Shown here piece after piece: positions 40,179 to 51,019 of a stretch of 64,000 bases of DNA. The first letter of the stretch is position 1, and every line of letters begins with the position of its first letter. Position numbers and translations under genes: made by a program. The notes beneath the pieces were generated by a model. That model was not told the DNA's origin. It did not search any database and saw nothing but the letters and a program-made list of their open reading frames with translations. Source of the DNA: Synechococcus sp. (GTDB taxonomy: Bacteria > Cyanobacteriota > Cyanobacteriia > Thermostichales > PCC-7336); assembly GCA_051439605.1 (NCBI GenBank), contig JBFRWN010000047.1, forward strand, positions 21,169-85,168, in the 5' to 3' direction.

Positions 40179-41508
40179 AGGCAGGAGATAACAGAACCGT
40201 CACAGGGGTGGAGGGAAACAGGGTGCGCGCCTGCGCAAAGGCAAGCGGAACAGCTTCTTCCATTCCGTCCACAAGATGAAAGTCAGTGTACTGAAAATCC
40301 TTGAGGTAAGCCGCAAACTGAGGGGCCGCTTTGCCAATAAGGATGGTGGCCGCAACCTTATCCCGAATTGCCTCAAACCAAAGGTTGCCATTTCCCACTT
40401 TGGGGTCTCCCCCAGCAATCAGAATGATAGGGCCAGAGATTGAGTTCAACCCCACCAAAGCGGCATCGTAGTTCGTTGCTTTGCTATCGTTCACAAACGT
40501 GACCCCCGCCAGCTCGTACACTGGCTGAAGACGGTGGGGCATGGGAGGGAAGGCCTGAATTGCCCGTTGGATATCTGAGGTCGGTACATCGGCATATCGA
40601 GCAACTGCCACCGCCATCAGCAGATTTTGAATATTGTGCTGACCGATCAGGACAAAGTCATCCAATGGCAAAACCGGCTGCCCTGCATGCCACACCCAGT
40701 CTTGGAGGGCTTTCTCGGAGGTATCGCCAGCATCAGCACTGGAACGATAAGGGGCAACGTGGGTGGCAGTGGCCAGATCGTGGCAGGAGGTCCAGGAAGC
40801 ATAAGGCCATTGGTCCTGCTGACTGCGCAGGTAGGGATCGTCGGAATTCAGCACCACCTGTTTGGCCCTGCGGGGCAAGGAAGCCTTGATATCCGCATAC
40901 CGTTCGAAGGTGCCGTGGCGGGAGAGGTGATCGTCAGTCAAGGTGGTCCACAGGGCGATCTCCGGAGCCAGTGTAGAAGAGGACTCGACCTGGTAACTAC
41001 TCAGTTCTGCCACAATCCAGTCAGGAGCTTGCCCCGATCGCAGCACATCTAAAGCCACCTGACACAGGGGCAAACCAATATTGCCGCAGGCGGGCGCATT
41101 CCACCCAGCGGCAGCAAAGATAGCCGCAATCAAAGCCGTCGTCGTCGTCTTGCCGTTCGTTCCGGTGATGCCCACCCAGGGGATATCCCCCAGCGATCGC
41201 CAAGCCAACTCCGCTTCGCCAATCGTCTCTATGCCCCGTGCACGAGCCGTTTCAAGGGCAGGCAGCAGCCAGTTCACCCCCGGACTGACCACAATGCATT
41301 CCACCTGAGGTTGAGGCTCAAACGGCTGACCCAGTTGTACAGTTGCCCCCAACGCCTCCAGGTTTTCCTGGCACTGCCTTAGACTCGCACCGTCTTTTTC
41401 ATCGCAGACGCAGACGGAATATCCTTGGAATAGCAGTAGCTCAGCGGCGGCCAGGCCGGACTTCCCCATCCCCAAAACCTGAACGTGCACCGTTAGCTCA
41501 CTCCCCAT
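40099..41508 (-). CDS. murD: UDP-N-acetylmuramoyl-L-alanine--D-glutamate ligase
   Basis: GMGKSG, VSPG, GITGTNGKTTTT, ELSSYQ, HRLQ, NDSKATN, LLSPACASFDQY. Confidence 0.97.
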   Translation of the reverse strand: MGSELTVHVQVLGMGKSGLAAAELLLFQGYSVCVCDEKDGASLRQCQENLEALGATVQLGQPFEPQPQVECIVVSPGVNWLLPALETARARGIETIGEAELAWRSLGDIPWVGITGTNGKTTTTALIAAIFAAAGWNAPACGNIGLPLCQVALDVLRSGQAPDWIVAELSSYQVESSSTLAPEIALWTTLTDDHLSRHGTFERYADIKASLPRRAKQVVLNSDDPYLRSQQDQWPYASWTSCHDLATATHVAPYRSSADAGDTSEKALQDWVWHAGQPVLPLDDFVLIGQHNIQNLLMAVAVARYADVPTSDIQRAIQAFPPMPHRLQPVYELAGVTFVNDSKATNYDAALVGLNSISGPIILIAGGDPKVGNGNLWFEAIRDKVAATILIGKAAPQFAAYLKDFQYTDFHLVDGMEEAVPLAFAQARTLFPSTPVTVLLSPACASFDQYSNFEQRGEHFQQCSRRLVL

Positions 41509-41556
41509 AGGCAATACAGTTTATAAGGCTATCAACCTTTCGCCCCACCACCAACT

Positions 41557-42159
41557 GTGACCGCAATTCCCCTCTCTCAAGACGGCACCTCTAAGGAGAC
41601 TTACCGTCGGTATTACTGCCATCTGCGCTCTACCCTCGACTTGGTGGCTTTGAGTCAATCCATCTGCGATCGCCTCAAGCAATGGCCCCCCCTCAAGCAG
41701 GCAGAAACCATTCTGAGCTACTACGCCACCGATCGTGAAATCAATCTGCTATCGCTGTTCAGCCATTGGCCTCAAAAAACTTGGGGGCTGCCGAGAACCC
41801 TGCCCGGCGGTGAATTGGCTTGGCATCGGTACGAGCCGGAAGGGGAACTCAAGCGATCTCGATTGGGCATTCTCGAACCCTTCCCCCATAGTCCCACTAT
41901 CGATTTAGAAACGGTGGACGCAATCTTAGTCCCAGCCATAGCCTGCGATCGCCAAGGGATACGCTTGGGATACGGAGGGGGATACTACGACCGCTGTTTA
42001 GGCCAGCCTCGCCTGCAACATGCGTTGACCGTTGGCGTGGTGCCATTTGCTTGCTGGAGCTTATCTGCCCTACCGCGCGACCCATGGGATATTCCGTTGG
42101 CGGCGATCGCAACCGAGCGAGAAATTGGTCTGAGGTATACGAATAGAAAAGAGGATTGA
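41557..42159 (+). CDS. 5-formyltetrahydrofolate cyclo-ligase
   Basis: GILEP, VPAIACDRQGIRLGYGGGYYDR, WDIPL. Confidence 0.93.
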   Translation: MTAIPLSQDGTSKETYRRYYCHLRSTLDLVALSQSICDRLKQWPPLKQAETILSYYATDREINLLSLFSHWPQKTWGLPRTLPGGELAWHRYEPEGELKRSRLGILEPFPHSPTIDLETVDAILVPAIACDRQGIRLGYGGGYYDRCLGQPRLQHALTVGVVPFACWSLSALPRDPWDIPLAAIATEREIGLRYTNRKED

Positions 42160-42317
42160 TAGTCGCCCCACAGACGATCGACAATTGCGCCTACTTTCTC
42201 CACCGAGCGAGGGTTTCCCCTTAAACTGGGACAGAGCCAATGGGCTCATATCCCGAACCACTGAAGGTAGTCGCTGCTGCCCTAAGTTCGTTCAAAAAGC
42301 TATAGAAAGGACCCATA

Positions 42318-42749
42318 ATGCTGGCACGTTGGCCCCAATTCATAAGAGCACTGTTCGCAACGGCGATCGCAATCTGTTTATTTGGCTTTGGCGGTAAGGT
42401 GCCGATGGAGCTAAGCGATCTTCATACCGTTCCCTGCCCCGATTTGCCAGAATTTCAAAACCTGCCCACTAGCGGAGCCTCCGCCGTTCCGGTGCAATGT
42501 TTCACAATTGAGGGTACGGTTGATAATCCCACGGACCGTCTGATTTATAACGCAGACGTATTTGGTCGCATCTACGACGCTAGCGGCAACGATGTCTGGC
42601 CGGAAAGAACCCGATTAGGGGCAATTGAAGAGGTCCCTCCAGGAGAAAGTATGTTCTCGATCCGCATTGGTGTCCCCGCCAACAATCCCCTACCCCTTCA
42701 ACTGAAGCAATTTAAGGCTAAGGGATTTCGTGGCATGGTCAATCGCTAA
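42318..42749 (+). CDS. Hypothetical exported protein (FxLYD-like Ig fold)
   Basis: Signal peptide, Cys pair, NADVFGRIYDA, RTRLG.I..VPPG, LKQFKA.GF. Confidence 0.7.
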   Translation: MLARWPQFIRALFATAIAICLFGFGGKVPMELSDLHTVPCPDLPEFQNLPTSGASAVPVQCFTIEGTVDNPTDRLIYNADVFGRIYDASGNDVWPERTRLGAIEEVPPGESMFSIRIGVPANNPLPLQLKQFKAKGFRGMVNR

Positions 42750-42795
42750 CCATTGATGAACAATGCATCCGATAAGCACAATACGGTCGAGCGAA

Positions 42796-42827
42796 AACCC
42801 CCACGCTGGAGCTTCAACGTGGGGGTT
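42796..42827. terminator. GC-rich hairpin between convergent genes
   Basis: AACCCCCACG / CGTGGGGGTT perfect 10-bp stem. Confidence 0.65.
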
Positions 42828-42914
42828 ACCTGTAGAAGGTAGATTTGTTCCAAAAGAACTTTAGGTGACTCCTGAACCAACCATCTTCAACTCAGCACAA
42901 ACCTCAGCATCGAC

Positions 42915-43178
42915 CTAGAAAGAATAAGCCACTCTTCCCAACGCTTGTTGGATAAAACTCAAGGCAATGATGGCCAGCATTGGAGAAAAATCCATTCCCC
43001 CAAAAGACGGAATAATGGACCGAAAAATATTGAGGTAAGGGTCAGTCAACTGGCGCAATGTCGAGAAAATAGGGTTAGACCAGTCGACGTTAGGGAACCA
43101 CGTGAGAAGCACCCGCACGATCAGCATCAGCGAATAGATAGATAGCGTTTGGGACAGAATTCCAACAAGTTCGTACAT
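42915..43178 (-). CDS. YggT/Ycf19 (YlmG) membrane protein
   Basis: RVLLTWFP.VDW, LTDPYLNIFRSIIP..GGMDFSP. Confidence 0.93.
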   Translation of the reverse strand: MYELVGILSQTLSIYSLMLIVRVLLTWFPNVDWSNPIFSTLRQLTDPYLNIFRSIIPSFGGMDFSPMLAIIALSFIQQALGRVAYSF

Positions 43179-43245
43179 GTGCTAGTGACCTCTCTTCAAT
43201 TCCATCGAACTTCTACAAAGTACGGATCTAGATGTCAGGATAGCC

Positions 43246-43650
43246 TTATTCGCCTTCCCGCATCCAGTTTGCTTCTTGCAGCTTGCCACTATTGTCATCG
43301 GTTTCATCCTTCGCAGCCTCAGAAATAAATCTAGCTCGAGTATCTTCTATCGCCGCATTGAGCTGAGAAATCTTGTCTTCCAAACTACGTCGCGCCTCGG
43401 CAATCGCCAAATCCGCATCTTGACGCACCTCATCAAGTAGTTCCTGAGAGTCCACCGCAGCCGTTAGTCGGTGCTTCACAGAGCCACCGTTACCATGCTT
43501 TTTACGCGCATTGAGGGAGCGACGTCTGGACCGTTTCCCCTGCGAAGTCAGCTGCTGACTCAATACAGTCCCCAACAGTCCGCCCACGAGACCACCCACA
43601 ACAGCGCCAGTTACTAACCCCGTAAAGAAGTTGGAACGATTCTCGCTCAC
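43246..43650 (-). CDS. Hypothetical protein with Gly-rich TM and coiled coil
   Basis: FFTGLVTGAVVGGLVGGLLG, EARRSLEDKISQLNAAI, located upstream of yggT. Start uncertain. Confidence 0.75.
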   Translation of the reverse strand: MSENRSNFFTGLVTGAVVGGLVGGLLGTVLSQQLTSQGKRSRRRSLNARKKHGNGGSVKHRLTAAVDSQELLDEVRQDADLAIAEARRSLEDKISQLNAAIEDTRARFISEAAKDETDDNSGKLQEANWMREGE

Positions 43651-43800
43651 AGCTTTGTCCGAATGCTGAAACACCCCCATCCTACCAGCCTTAAATTGCA
43701 GATCTAGGGATAGAGGGCAACCAGTGTCAACCATATACCTACTGGCAGGCTTCGAACATCAAGAACCAAGGAGCAAGAATTCTCAGGCCACAATGATGTG

Positions 43801-45522
43801 TTAACGAGGTATCAGTCGTGATAGGCGTTCGAAGGGAACCACAACAGCCTCTGGCAACGCATCGCGAATACTGTGGACTGCTGCTTGCAGCAACTGATCC
43901 GGAGTCAATTCCGGTTGTAGGCGTTCCCACAGCCGCTGAATTTCCTCCACATGCAGGCGATCGTCGTCGGTCAGGGCCACAATAATTTGGCGGCGCAGAT
44001 CGCTGGCTTCCTCAGACAGAAGATAGTTAATTCCCACCGTGGCCGTGGAGGTGAGGTTAAGGGAACTACCGTCGGTGCGAGCAATGTCGATGAGGCTTTC
44101 TAGCCTCTGCCAGCGGAACTTACCATCCTGGAATAGCACCTCCAACAAGCGCTGACGCAACTGAGGCGTCTCGTCAGTGAGCAGGCGACGGGCAACGTAG
44201 GGATAGGCGACCCCGATAATGCGAAAGTCGGGGGACAGACTGAGGGCTACCCCCTCCAGAGTGACCAAAGATCGAATAATCAGTGCGAAATTGGGGGGGA
44301 CGCGGAAGGGATATTCGTACACCAGCCCCGAAAAGCGATCGGTGGCTGTTTTGAAGTTGAAATCTTGAACCTTCTCGTTGAGGATGTCATCCAGCATCAG
44401 CTTCATGGCAGCCACGATCGGCTGAGGATCGACCCGCTCGGTTAAAAACTCGAGATATTGGAAATCCTCAAACAGGCTGGCATAGTCTTGATTCACCATG
44501 TGCACGAGAGCATCCACCAGCCGCTCTTTGCGGTCTTGGCGCAGCTGATCCATCATGCCGAAGTCGATGAAGGCTAGGCGACCATCCCGCAGAGCAAATA
44601 GGTTACCGGGGTGGGGATCGGCGTGAAAAAATCCGTATTCCAGGAGTTGCTTCAGGGCTGACTCCACCCCAATCCGAATCAAATCCTGAATTTTTAAACC
44701 AGCTGCCTGGATACCTGCGGTATCGGATAGCTTAATCCCATCGATCCATTCCAGCGTCAGAACGCGCTGGGAGGTATATTTCCAGTAAATTTTTGGGACG
44801 TAAACATCGGGGTCATTTTCGAAATACCCAGCGAACCGCTCGCAGTTGCGCCCCTCGTTGATGTAGTCAATTTCTTCGAACAGCTTGATACCAAACTCAT
44901 CCACGGCCTCGGTCAAAGATTGACCGAGGTTAAGCGGCAACCAGCGGTAAACCCAAGTGGACATCCAGCGAATGATGTATAGATCCAGGGTGAGCTTCTT
45001 GCGTAAGTCTGGTCTCTGCACCTTAATGGCTACAGTTTCGCCAGACTTGAGGCAGGCTTTGTACACCTGGCCCAGACTCGCGGCAGCCACCGGCCGAGTG
45101 TTCACAGACGCATAAATCTCGTCAACGACATCCCCTAACTCCCGCTCGATGATGGAGTAAGCAATTCGATTGGGAAATGTCGGCAGCTGATCCTGCAATT
45201 TAGTCAGCTCGTTGAGGTAATCAGCACGGACTAAGTCGGGTCGTGTGGACAGCGCTTGACCCACTTTGATGAAGGTGGGGCCAAGGTTCGTAAGCAGGGT
45301 GCGGAGCTGAATCGATCGCCGTTGAACCTGCTTTTCCCCAGTGCGATTAAACAGTCGGTCAAGCTGCAGCCCGAGGCAAAAACCGAGCAGTCTCAGGGAT
45401 ACGGATATTGCTCTGGCCCAGACCCACAGGAATCTCCAGCGGTAATATCGAGAAATTTCTTGGGGGTCGTAGCGCTGAAACAGCGCCTTAACCTGACTGG
45501 GGGCGGGACTGGAAATTGTCAC
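43801..45522 (-). CDS. ABC1/AarF/UbiB atypical kinase
   Basis: LGPTFIKVGQALSTRPD, AAASLGQVY, VAIKVQRP, FFHADPHPGN, DFGMM. Confidence 0.96.
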   Translation of the reverse strand: MTISSPAPSQVKALFQRYDPQEISRYYRWRFLWVWARAISVSLRLLGFCLGLQLDRLFNRTGEKQVQRRSIQLRTLLTNLGPTFIKVGQALSTRPDLVRADYLNELTKLQDQLPTFPNRIAYSIIERELGDVVDEIYASVNTRPVAAASLGQVYKACLKSGETVAIKVQRPDLRKKLTLDLYIIRWMSTWVYRWLPLNLGQSLTEAVDEFGIKLFEEIDYINEGRNCERFAGYFENDPDVYVPKIYWKYTSQRVLTLEWIDGIKLSDTAGIQAAGLKIQDLIRIGVESALKQLLEYGFFHADPHPGNLFALRDGRLAFIDFGMMDQLRQDRKERLVDALVHMVNQDYASLFEDFQYLEFLTERVDPQPIVAAMKLMLDDILNEKVQDFNFKTATDRFSGLVYEYPFRVPPNFALIIRSLVTLEGVALSLSPDFRIIGVAYPYVARRLLTDETPQLRQRLLEVLFQDGKFRWQRLESLIDIARTDGSSLNLTSTATVGINYLLSEEASDLRRQIIVALTDDDRLHVEEIQRLWERLQPELTPDQLLQAAVHSIRDALPEAVVVPFERLSRLIPR

Positions 45523-45557
45523 AGGCTCAAACCGACCTTAAAGTCCACTTAATAATA

Positions 45558-45571
45558 GTATGCAAAATTAC
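45558..45571. promoter_or_regulatory. Candidate NtcA box (GTA-N8-TAC) upstream of the ABC1 kinase
   Basis: GTATGCAAAATTAC in an AT-rich context, 36-49 nt upstream of the start codon. Confidence 0.35.
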
Positions 45572-45635
45572 AAAATATAAAACGAGCAAACGGCGCTCCC
45601 CTTTGACCCTATAGCGCTCTCCTAGAAGAAACGCT

Positions 45636-47513
45636 CTATTTCTGAATGGACTGAAGATTGTAAAGGTTGGCGTAAATCCCATTTTGAGCCATTAAGTTTT
45701 CGTGACTGCCCTGCTCCTTGAGAACACCTTTCTGCAGCACCAAAATGCGATCGACGTTGCGAATGGTGGCCAAGCGGTGGGCAATAATAATTGCCGTGCG
45801 ATCGCGCAGCAGCGTTTCGAGCGCATCTTGAATCAATGACTCTGTACCCACATCCAAGCTGGCGGTGGCTTCGTCCAGCACCAAAATCTGAGGATTGCGC
45901 ACTAAAGCGCGGGCAAAAGCCAGCAGTTGCTTTTGACCAGAAGATAGGTTGTTGCCCCGCTCCCGCACCTCCGTGTCGTACCCCTGCGGAAAATCAAGAA
46001 TAAACGGCTCTACGTTCATCAGACGTGCAGCCTGTTGGATGTCCTGCTCGGGATAAGTCTCCCCCAGCGTAATGTTGTCTCGAATGTTGCCAGAGAACAG
46101 GAAACTATCCTGCAGAATTACCCCGATGTGCTGGCGTAGCTCCGTTTGAGTGAGTCGACGAATATCTACGCCATCAACGGTGATGCAACCACTGTTGACG
46201 TCATACAAGCGAGCCAGCAATCGAATAATGGAACTTTTACCCGCCCCAGTGGGCCCCACCAGCGCAACTTTCTCCCCCGGACGAATGGTGAAACTTAGAT
46301 CTTTGATGACCTTCTCGTCGGGCTTGTAGCCAAAGGAAACTCCGTCAAATTTCACTTCTCCACGCACTGGAAGTGGCAGCGAGATCGGCTGGATGGGGTC
46401 CTCCACTTCGATAGGCAATTCCAACATGCCGGTGATGCGCTCTACAGCGGTGAATCCCGATTGCAAGGAGGTGAATTTCTCGGCGAGCTGCCGTAACGGA
46501 TTAAAAAATTGCGAGGAGAACAGCACAAAGGCGTAGAGGTTACCGAACGTTAGGGGTTCTGCCGCCCGCTGCCGCATACCTTCGGGGATAAAGGGAATAC
46601 CTTGGGCTACCGGGCTGCTGTCAACAACTTGAGCAACAAAGGTTTCCCCTTCGATCGCAAAGGAATGTAGGATCTCGCCCCCCCCAATCCACAAAATACC
46701 GGCCACCCCAATCCAAGAGACCCACTCTAGAACGGACGAGAGGGTGGAGTCATAGAGGATGGTTTTGTCCACTTCTCGGATGTAGCGCTGGTTGTTCTCC
46801 AGATACATCTCGCTATTGAACCTCTCGCGCCGAAACATCTGGACGACACTGACCCCCAAAATGTTTTCCTGCAGCAAGGAGTTAAGAGAGGACAATTCCT
46901 CTCGAACGCGGAAGTTGGCATTGCGATAGAGCTGCTGCAACCAAATCACCAGCACAGCCATCGGCACGATCGAGGCAATCAGGAAGAGGGCAAGGTTCCA
47001 CCGCAGCCAGATCATCATGCCGGCGATCGCCACCAGGGTGACCAAGTCCCCCACCACCCCCACGGCCCCAGTGGAGAACACATCTCCTAAGGCTTCTACA
47101 TCGCTGGTGATGCGGGTTATCAGTTTGCCGACAGGAGTGCGATCGAAGAAGGAAGAGGCCAAACTGGTGACGTGCTCGAATAGATCGTTGCGCACGTCAC
47201 TGGTGAGTAATTGACCAAACTTTTGACTGGTGAACCCCTCCAAAGCCTGAAACAGGAAGCGCATCAGTCCCACCAGCAACAGCAAGGCGACAAACTGCCA
47301 CAGACGTTCGGGACGCCCTTCTCGAATGGGACCGTCGATCGCCTTCTGCAAAATAATTGGCTGAATGGCTTGGGAAATGGCCAGGGGTGGGAGAAAAACA
47401 ATTGACCACCCCAACAACTGCCAATGGCGCTTAGCATAAGGCCAGAGCTTGAGCATCAAGCCCCAATCGCTGTATTGGGAGCGGCGGCCCGAGCGGGCTG
47501 GTTTAGCAGTCAT
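45636..47513 (-). CDS. ABC exporter, fused permease/ATPase
   Basis: TM domain, GPTGAGKS, LSSGQKQ, LVLDEATA, IAHRL. Confidence 0.96.
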   Translation of the reverse strand: MTAKPARSGRRSQYSDWGLMLKLWPYAKRHWQLLGWSIVFLPPLAISQAIQPIILQKAIDGPIREGRPERLWQFVALLLLVGLMRFLFQALEGFTSQKFGQLLTSDVRNDLFEHVTSLASSFFDRTPVGKLITRITSDVEALGDVFSTGAVGVVGDLVTLVAIAGMMIWLRWNLALFLIASIVPMAVLVIWLQQLYRNANFRVREELSSLNSLLQENILGVSVVQMFRRERFNSEMYLENNQRYIREVDKTILYDSTLSSVLEWVSWIGVAGILWIGGGEILHSFAIEGETFVAQVVDSSPVAQGIPFIPEGMRQRAAEPLTFGNLYAFVLFSSQFFNPLRQLAEKFTSLQSGFTAVERITGMLELPIEVEDPIQPISLPLPVRGEVKFDGVSFGYKPDEKVIKDLSFTIRPGEKVALVGPTGAGKSSIIRLLARLYDVNSGCITVDGVDIRRLTQTELRQHIGVILQDSFLFSGNIRDNITLGETYPEQDIQQAARLMNVEPFILDFPQGYDTEVRERGNNLSSGQKQLLAFARALVRNPQILVLDEATASLDVGTESLIQDALETLLRDRTAIIIAHRLATIRNVDRILVLQKGVLKEQGSHENLMAQNGIYANLYNLQSIQK

Positions 47514-47908
47514 GCAAGTCGGAGAGAAAAAAGAATGATTCTTTAATCGTAGAGGACACCCTCCATTCCTGCGGATTGGAAATCAAGCGGTGGCCATCCC
47601 AGATAAGACCAGTAGTTCTATGCTCAGTCAGGTCTCTAGATAGCAGAAATGTCTGAAGCGATCTGACGGCCGCAATATCTATCGAGAGGCATTTGAAATT
47701 ATTGGCCTACACTAATAGTGATTCTTTGACTTCTCCCTGACCAATTCATGCTGCGGATGGTGCACGAGGTTGTTCAACTGATGTCAGAAATCGAGCAGTT
47801 GTTCGGTTGAACAATTGTTTGGTCGCGCGGCACAAGGTATGAAAGGCCTAGTGAGAATAAACGCTGGCGCAGACCAGTATTGCTCCCGATACTTCTTGGT
47901 TTTCACTG

Positions 47909-48961
47909 ATGGATCTCGCCTCCCTTCAATCCCTGCTAGACACCGTTGCCTTCGGCATTTTATTTGCCGCCATGATGGTTTATTGGGTGTCTGCTGCGTT
48001 CCCCCGACTGCCCGCTCTGCCAGAGTTGGGTACGACAGCAATGGCGATCGGAGGCATAGCCATTACGGGGTTACTCGGTGCTCGCTGGATCGATGCGGGT
48101 TATTTTCCAATCAGTAACCTATACGAATCCCTCTTTTTCATGGCTTGGGGGGTTACGGTGATGCACCTGGTAGCAGAGTGGCTGGGGCGCAATCGCCTAG
48201 TAGGCGTTTTTACAGCTCCGGTTGCCATGGGCATTGTGGCTTTTGCGGCGTTTAAGCTGCCCAGCGACATGCAGGTGTCTTCACCCTTAGTACCCGCACT
48301 GCAATCCAACTGGCTGATGATGCACGTGTCGGTGATGATGTTTAGCTACTCCACTCTGATGGTGGGATCGGTTCTGGCGATCGCCTTCTTAGTTGTCACC
48401 CGCGGTCAGGATGTGGCCCTGAAGGGGAGTTCCTTTGGCATTGGCAGCTATCGCAATCGAGGCGGTGTCATTGAATCTACCGATAAATCCGCAGATGTAA
48501 CCGCTGCGGATCGAGAACGAGTTGATGGAGATCGATCCAGTGCAGATGCCACGGTTGGTGCTATGGCAATGAGCGGCGGAGATGTGGCTGTCTTGGAGCG
48601 ACCTCAAGTGGCTAATGCAGTCACCCTCACCCCCCAGCGGCTGAGCTTGGCAGATACCCTCGATAACGTCAGCTATCGCCTCATCGGCTTGGGCTTCCCG
48701 CTGCTGACTATCGGAATTATTGCTGGAGCAGTTTGGGCGAACGAGGCTTGGGGCACTTACTGGAGTTGGGACCCCAAAGAAACCTGGGCCCTGATCACTT
48801 GGTTGGTATTCGCTGCTTACTTACACACCCGCATTACGAAAGGGTGGCAGGGTAAGCGACCTGCAATTTTGGCTGGAGCAGGGTTTGTGGTGGTTTGGGT
48901 GTGCTATCTCGGGGTAAACCTGCTGGGCATTGGCCTGCACAGCTACGGCTGGTTCCTGTAG
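47909..48961 (+). CDS. ccsA: Cytochrome c biogenesis protein CcsA (system II heme lyase)
   Basis: [37 protein letters not shown] (WWD domain), GLHSYG. Confidence 0.97.
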   Translation: MDLASLQSLLDTVAFGILFAAMMVYWVSAAFPRLPALPELGTTAMAIGGIAITGLLGARWIDAGYFPISNLYESLFFMAWGVTVMHLVAEWLGRNRLVGVFTAPVAMGIVAFAAFKLPSDMQVSSPLVPALQSNWLMMHVSVMMFSYSTLMVGSVLAIAFLVVTRGQDVALKGSSFGIGSYRNRGGVIESTDKSADVTAADRERVDGDRSSADATVGAMAMSGGDVAVLERPQVANAVTLTPQRLSLADTLDNVSYRLIGLGFPLLTIGIIAGAVWANEAWGTYWSWDPKETWALITWLVFAAYLHTRITKGWQGKRPAILAGAGFVVVWVCYLGVNLLGIGLHSYGWFL

Positions 48962-48974
48962 ATGTTGCGCCAGC

Positions 48975-50867
48975 TCATTTGCCTAAAGCCTTGTATTCGG
49001 CGCAGAAGCCTCGGGGGTTGACAGATAAATTGTAGAGGGGCGATCGCGGCTGGGTGCATCGGGGTTTGGCATTTGGAGCAGAGCGATCTCGAGAGTGGAA
49101 AGCACAGGTAGAACAGGACCCTGCGTTTTCTCCATATCCGGAGGCTCCAGTCGCGCGATCTCCAGATACTTCCCGCTGCAGGGTTTGGCTGGACACCGCC
49201 TGAATCACTAATGATTTGCCATCCCAATGGGCCGTGACCATGCCGGTCTCCGACAGCGCATTCCAGCGGGGATCGTCCAGTAGCTCGACGGGTAAGGAGA
49301 CTTCCACTCCGGTAATTTTTCCGGTCGTAGGGGACAGGGTTTCTTCAATTTCCCCTGCATAGGTGACGGGCTCGCTGGCTGCCTGTTCATCAGGATTTGG
49401 AGCTTCCACTGCCGCCAAGTTGAGGGAAATTGCTTGGCCGACGGAGGGGGCATACGTGAGATAGCGATCGCGAAATTCCGGCAATTGGGCTAAGTCCTGC
49501 AGGTGGCGGGTGGGACCGTGGGTGAAGATCAGGTGTTGGGGCTTGAGGGTATTCGCGATTTGTTGCAAGTTGCTACAGTCGCTGAGGCTGTGCCATTCAC
49601 TGGTCGCAACCGATATGGAGCTACGCAGAGGTTCCGGCCACTGGGTTAGGGGCAGGGCAGGGTTCACTTCTGGCAACTGCAGGTAAAGGGTGCGCTCGGC
49701 GATTAGATGGGGCCAAACAGTTGCCCAAAATTGGGAGGTTGCGGCGGAATCCACCAGTACAACCCCAGGGGATTGCAATACTTCTCTGAGGGCTTCTGCA
49801 GCCGAGTTGATGCCATTGCTGCCCTCCACCGAGTCAGGTAAAGGATGAATGGAGAGGGAGCGGCCGTTCCCCCCAAATAAAGATTGACAGCGAGCGTAGT
49901 TTTGAATGGACTTGGGGAGGTGGGGTAAGAGGTCGAAATAGCGATCGCAAGCAGCTGCAATCGATCCATCTAGCCACAAGTCCAGTTGCGTAGATCCTTT
50001 ACGCAAGCGGTTATTCGTTTTCAGCATGAAAATTAGCTCTTGAGCCAAGCCAATCGCCGGAAGCGGAAGTAGGGCAGTCATTTTGGACGAGATCGCCGCC
50101 TGCAGCTGTTTGATTGACTTACCTGCGGCTACCTTGCGGGGCGCTAACGAACGAGTCCCCAATGCACCGCTGATGGCGAGCAGTTCGGGCTGCCACTGGC
50201 GCAATTTAGGTAGGGGCAAGCTGGTCTGAAACCGACTGGCGGTGAGGGAGCAATCGCTGGCGTAGATTGCCGTGCGACCGGCTGCAATCTGACTGGCATC
50301 GAGATGGGGACTGCGATTCGCCTGCAAGTCACAGGCGAGGGAAGGAGAGTCAGATGGGCTAGTCGCTAGCTCGCCTTCTGAAGGCTCCTTTGGGAGGAGA
50401 GTCAAAATAGACAGCGCAGCACCTGGGAGATGACCGGCAGGCTCGAAAGTGAGGCCTAGATTGCCACCCACCAGAAAAGGGCGCCGAAACAGTAGGCTGG
50501 AAATACTCGCGACGGTGCTTTTATCCCGATCCGCAAGCAGTTGACGGGTAACCACAGTGCAGTAAATGGGGATATCGGGAAAAGCCCGGGCAAATCCCAG
50601 CAGACCCCCCGAGACATCTGAGTGGGCATGGCTAGCGATCGCCATATGGGGCGGACGAGGAAGTTGATGGGCTAGGACCTCCCAGTCGCAGCCAAAATCC
50701 AGCAGAATCGTGCAATCCCCCATCTCTAGCCAATAGCTGTACCCTGTCTGGCTATTGGCTAACAACGGCATAAATTTGCAGAAACTGCGATCGCTAACGG
50801 CAGGCAAAATCTCGCTCAAGGCTATGCACGGCAAAACAATCGAAGCTTTAGAACAACTGACGCCCAA
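48975..50867 (-). CDS. MBL-fold/beta-CASP family protein with degenerate metal motifs and C-terminal Cys cluster
   Basis: ILLDFG, SHAHSDV, AGHLPGA, IGLAQE, LKPQHLIFTHG, CSTC..C..C. Start uncertain (50771-50867). Confidence 0.75.
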   Translation of the reverse strand: MGVSCSKASIVLPCIALSEILPAVSDRSFCKFMPLLANSQTGYSYWLEMGDCTILLDFGCDWEVLAHQLPRPPHMAIASHAHSDVSGGLLGFARAFPDIPIYCTVVTRQLLADRDKSTVASISSLLFRRPFLVGGNLGLTFEPAGHLPGAALSILTLLPKEPSEGELATSPSDSPSLACDLQANRSPHLDASQIAAGRTAIYASDCSLTASRFQTSLPLPKLRQWQPELLAISGALGTRSLAPRKVAAGKSIKQLQAAISSKMTALLPLPAIGLAQELIFMLKTNNRLRKGSTQLDLWLDGSIAAACDRYFDLLPHLPKSIQNYARCQSLFGGNGRSLSIHPLPDSVEGSNGINSAAEALREVLQSPGVVLVDSAATSQFWATVWPHLIAERTLYLQLPEVNPALPLTQWPEPLRSSISVATSEWHSLSDCSNLQQIANTLKPQHLIFTHGPTRHLQDLAQLPEFRDRYLTYAPSVGQAISLNLAAVEAPNPDEQAASEPVTYAGEIEETLSPTTGKITGVEVSLPVELLDDPRWNALSETGMVTAHWDGKSLVIQAVSSQTLQREVSGDRATGASGYGENAGSCSTCAFHSRDRSAPNAKPRCTQPRSPLYNLSVNPRGFCAEYKALGK

Positions 50868-51019
50868 AAGAATCAGAGTTGCAAAACTGTAGGGATCGTA
50901 TCAACGGAGAGCATGACATGCTTTGCAGACTGTCCCCAATTTCCCGACCGCTCACCCATCCCCCTCAGATACCAAACGGAGGATAAAATTGCGCCAGACT
51001 ATCGCTAGGAAATGTAACT

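Noticed and set aside
42796..42827. IS200/IS605-type end hairpin
   Set aside because: No tnpA/tnpB remnant is adjacent, and the position between convergent genes fits a terminator
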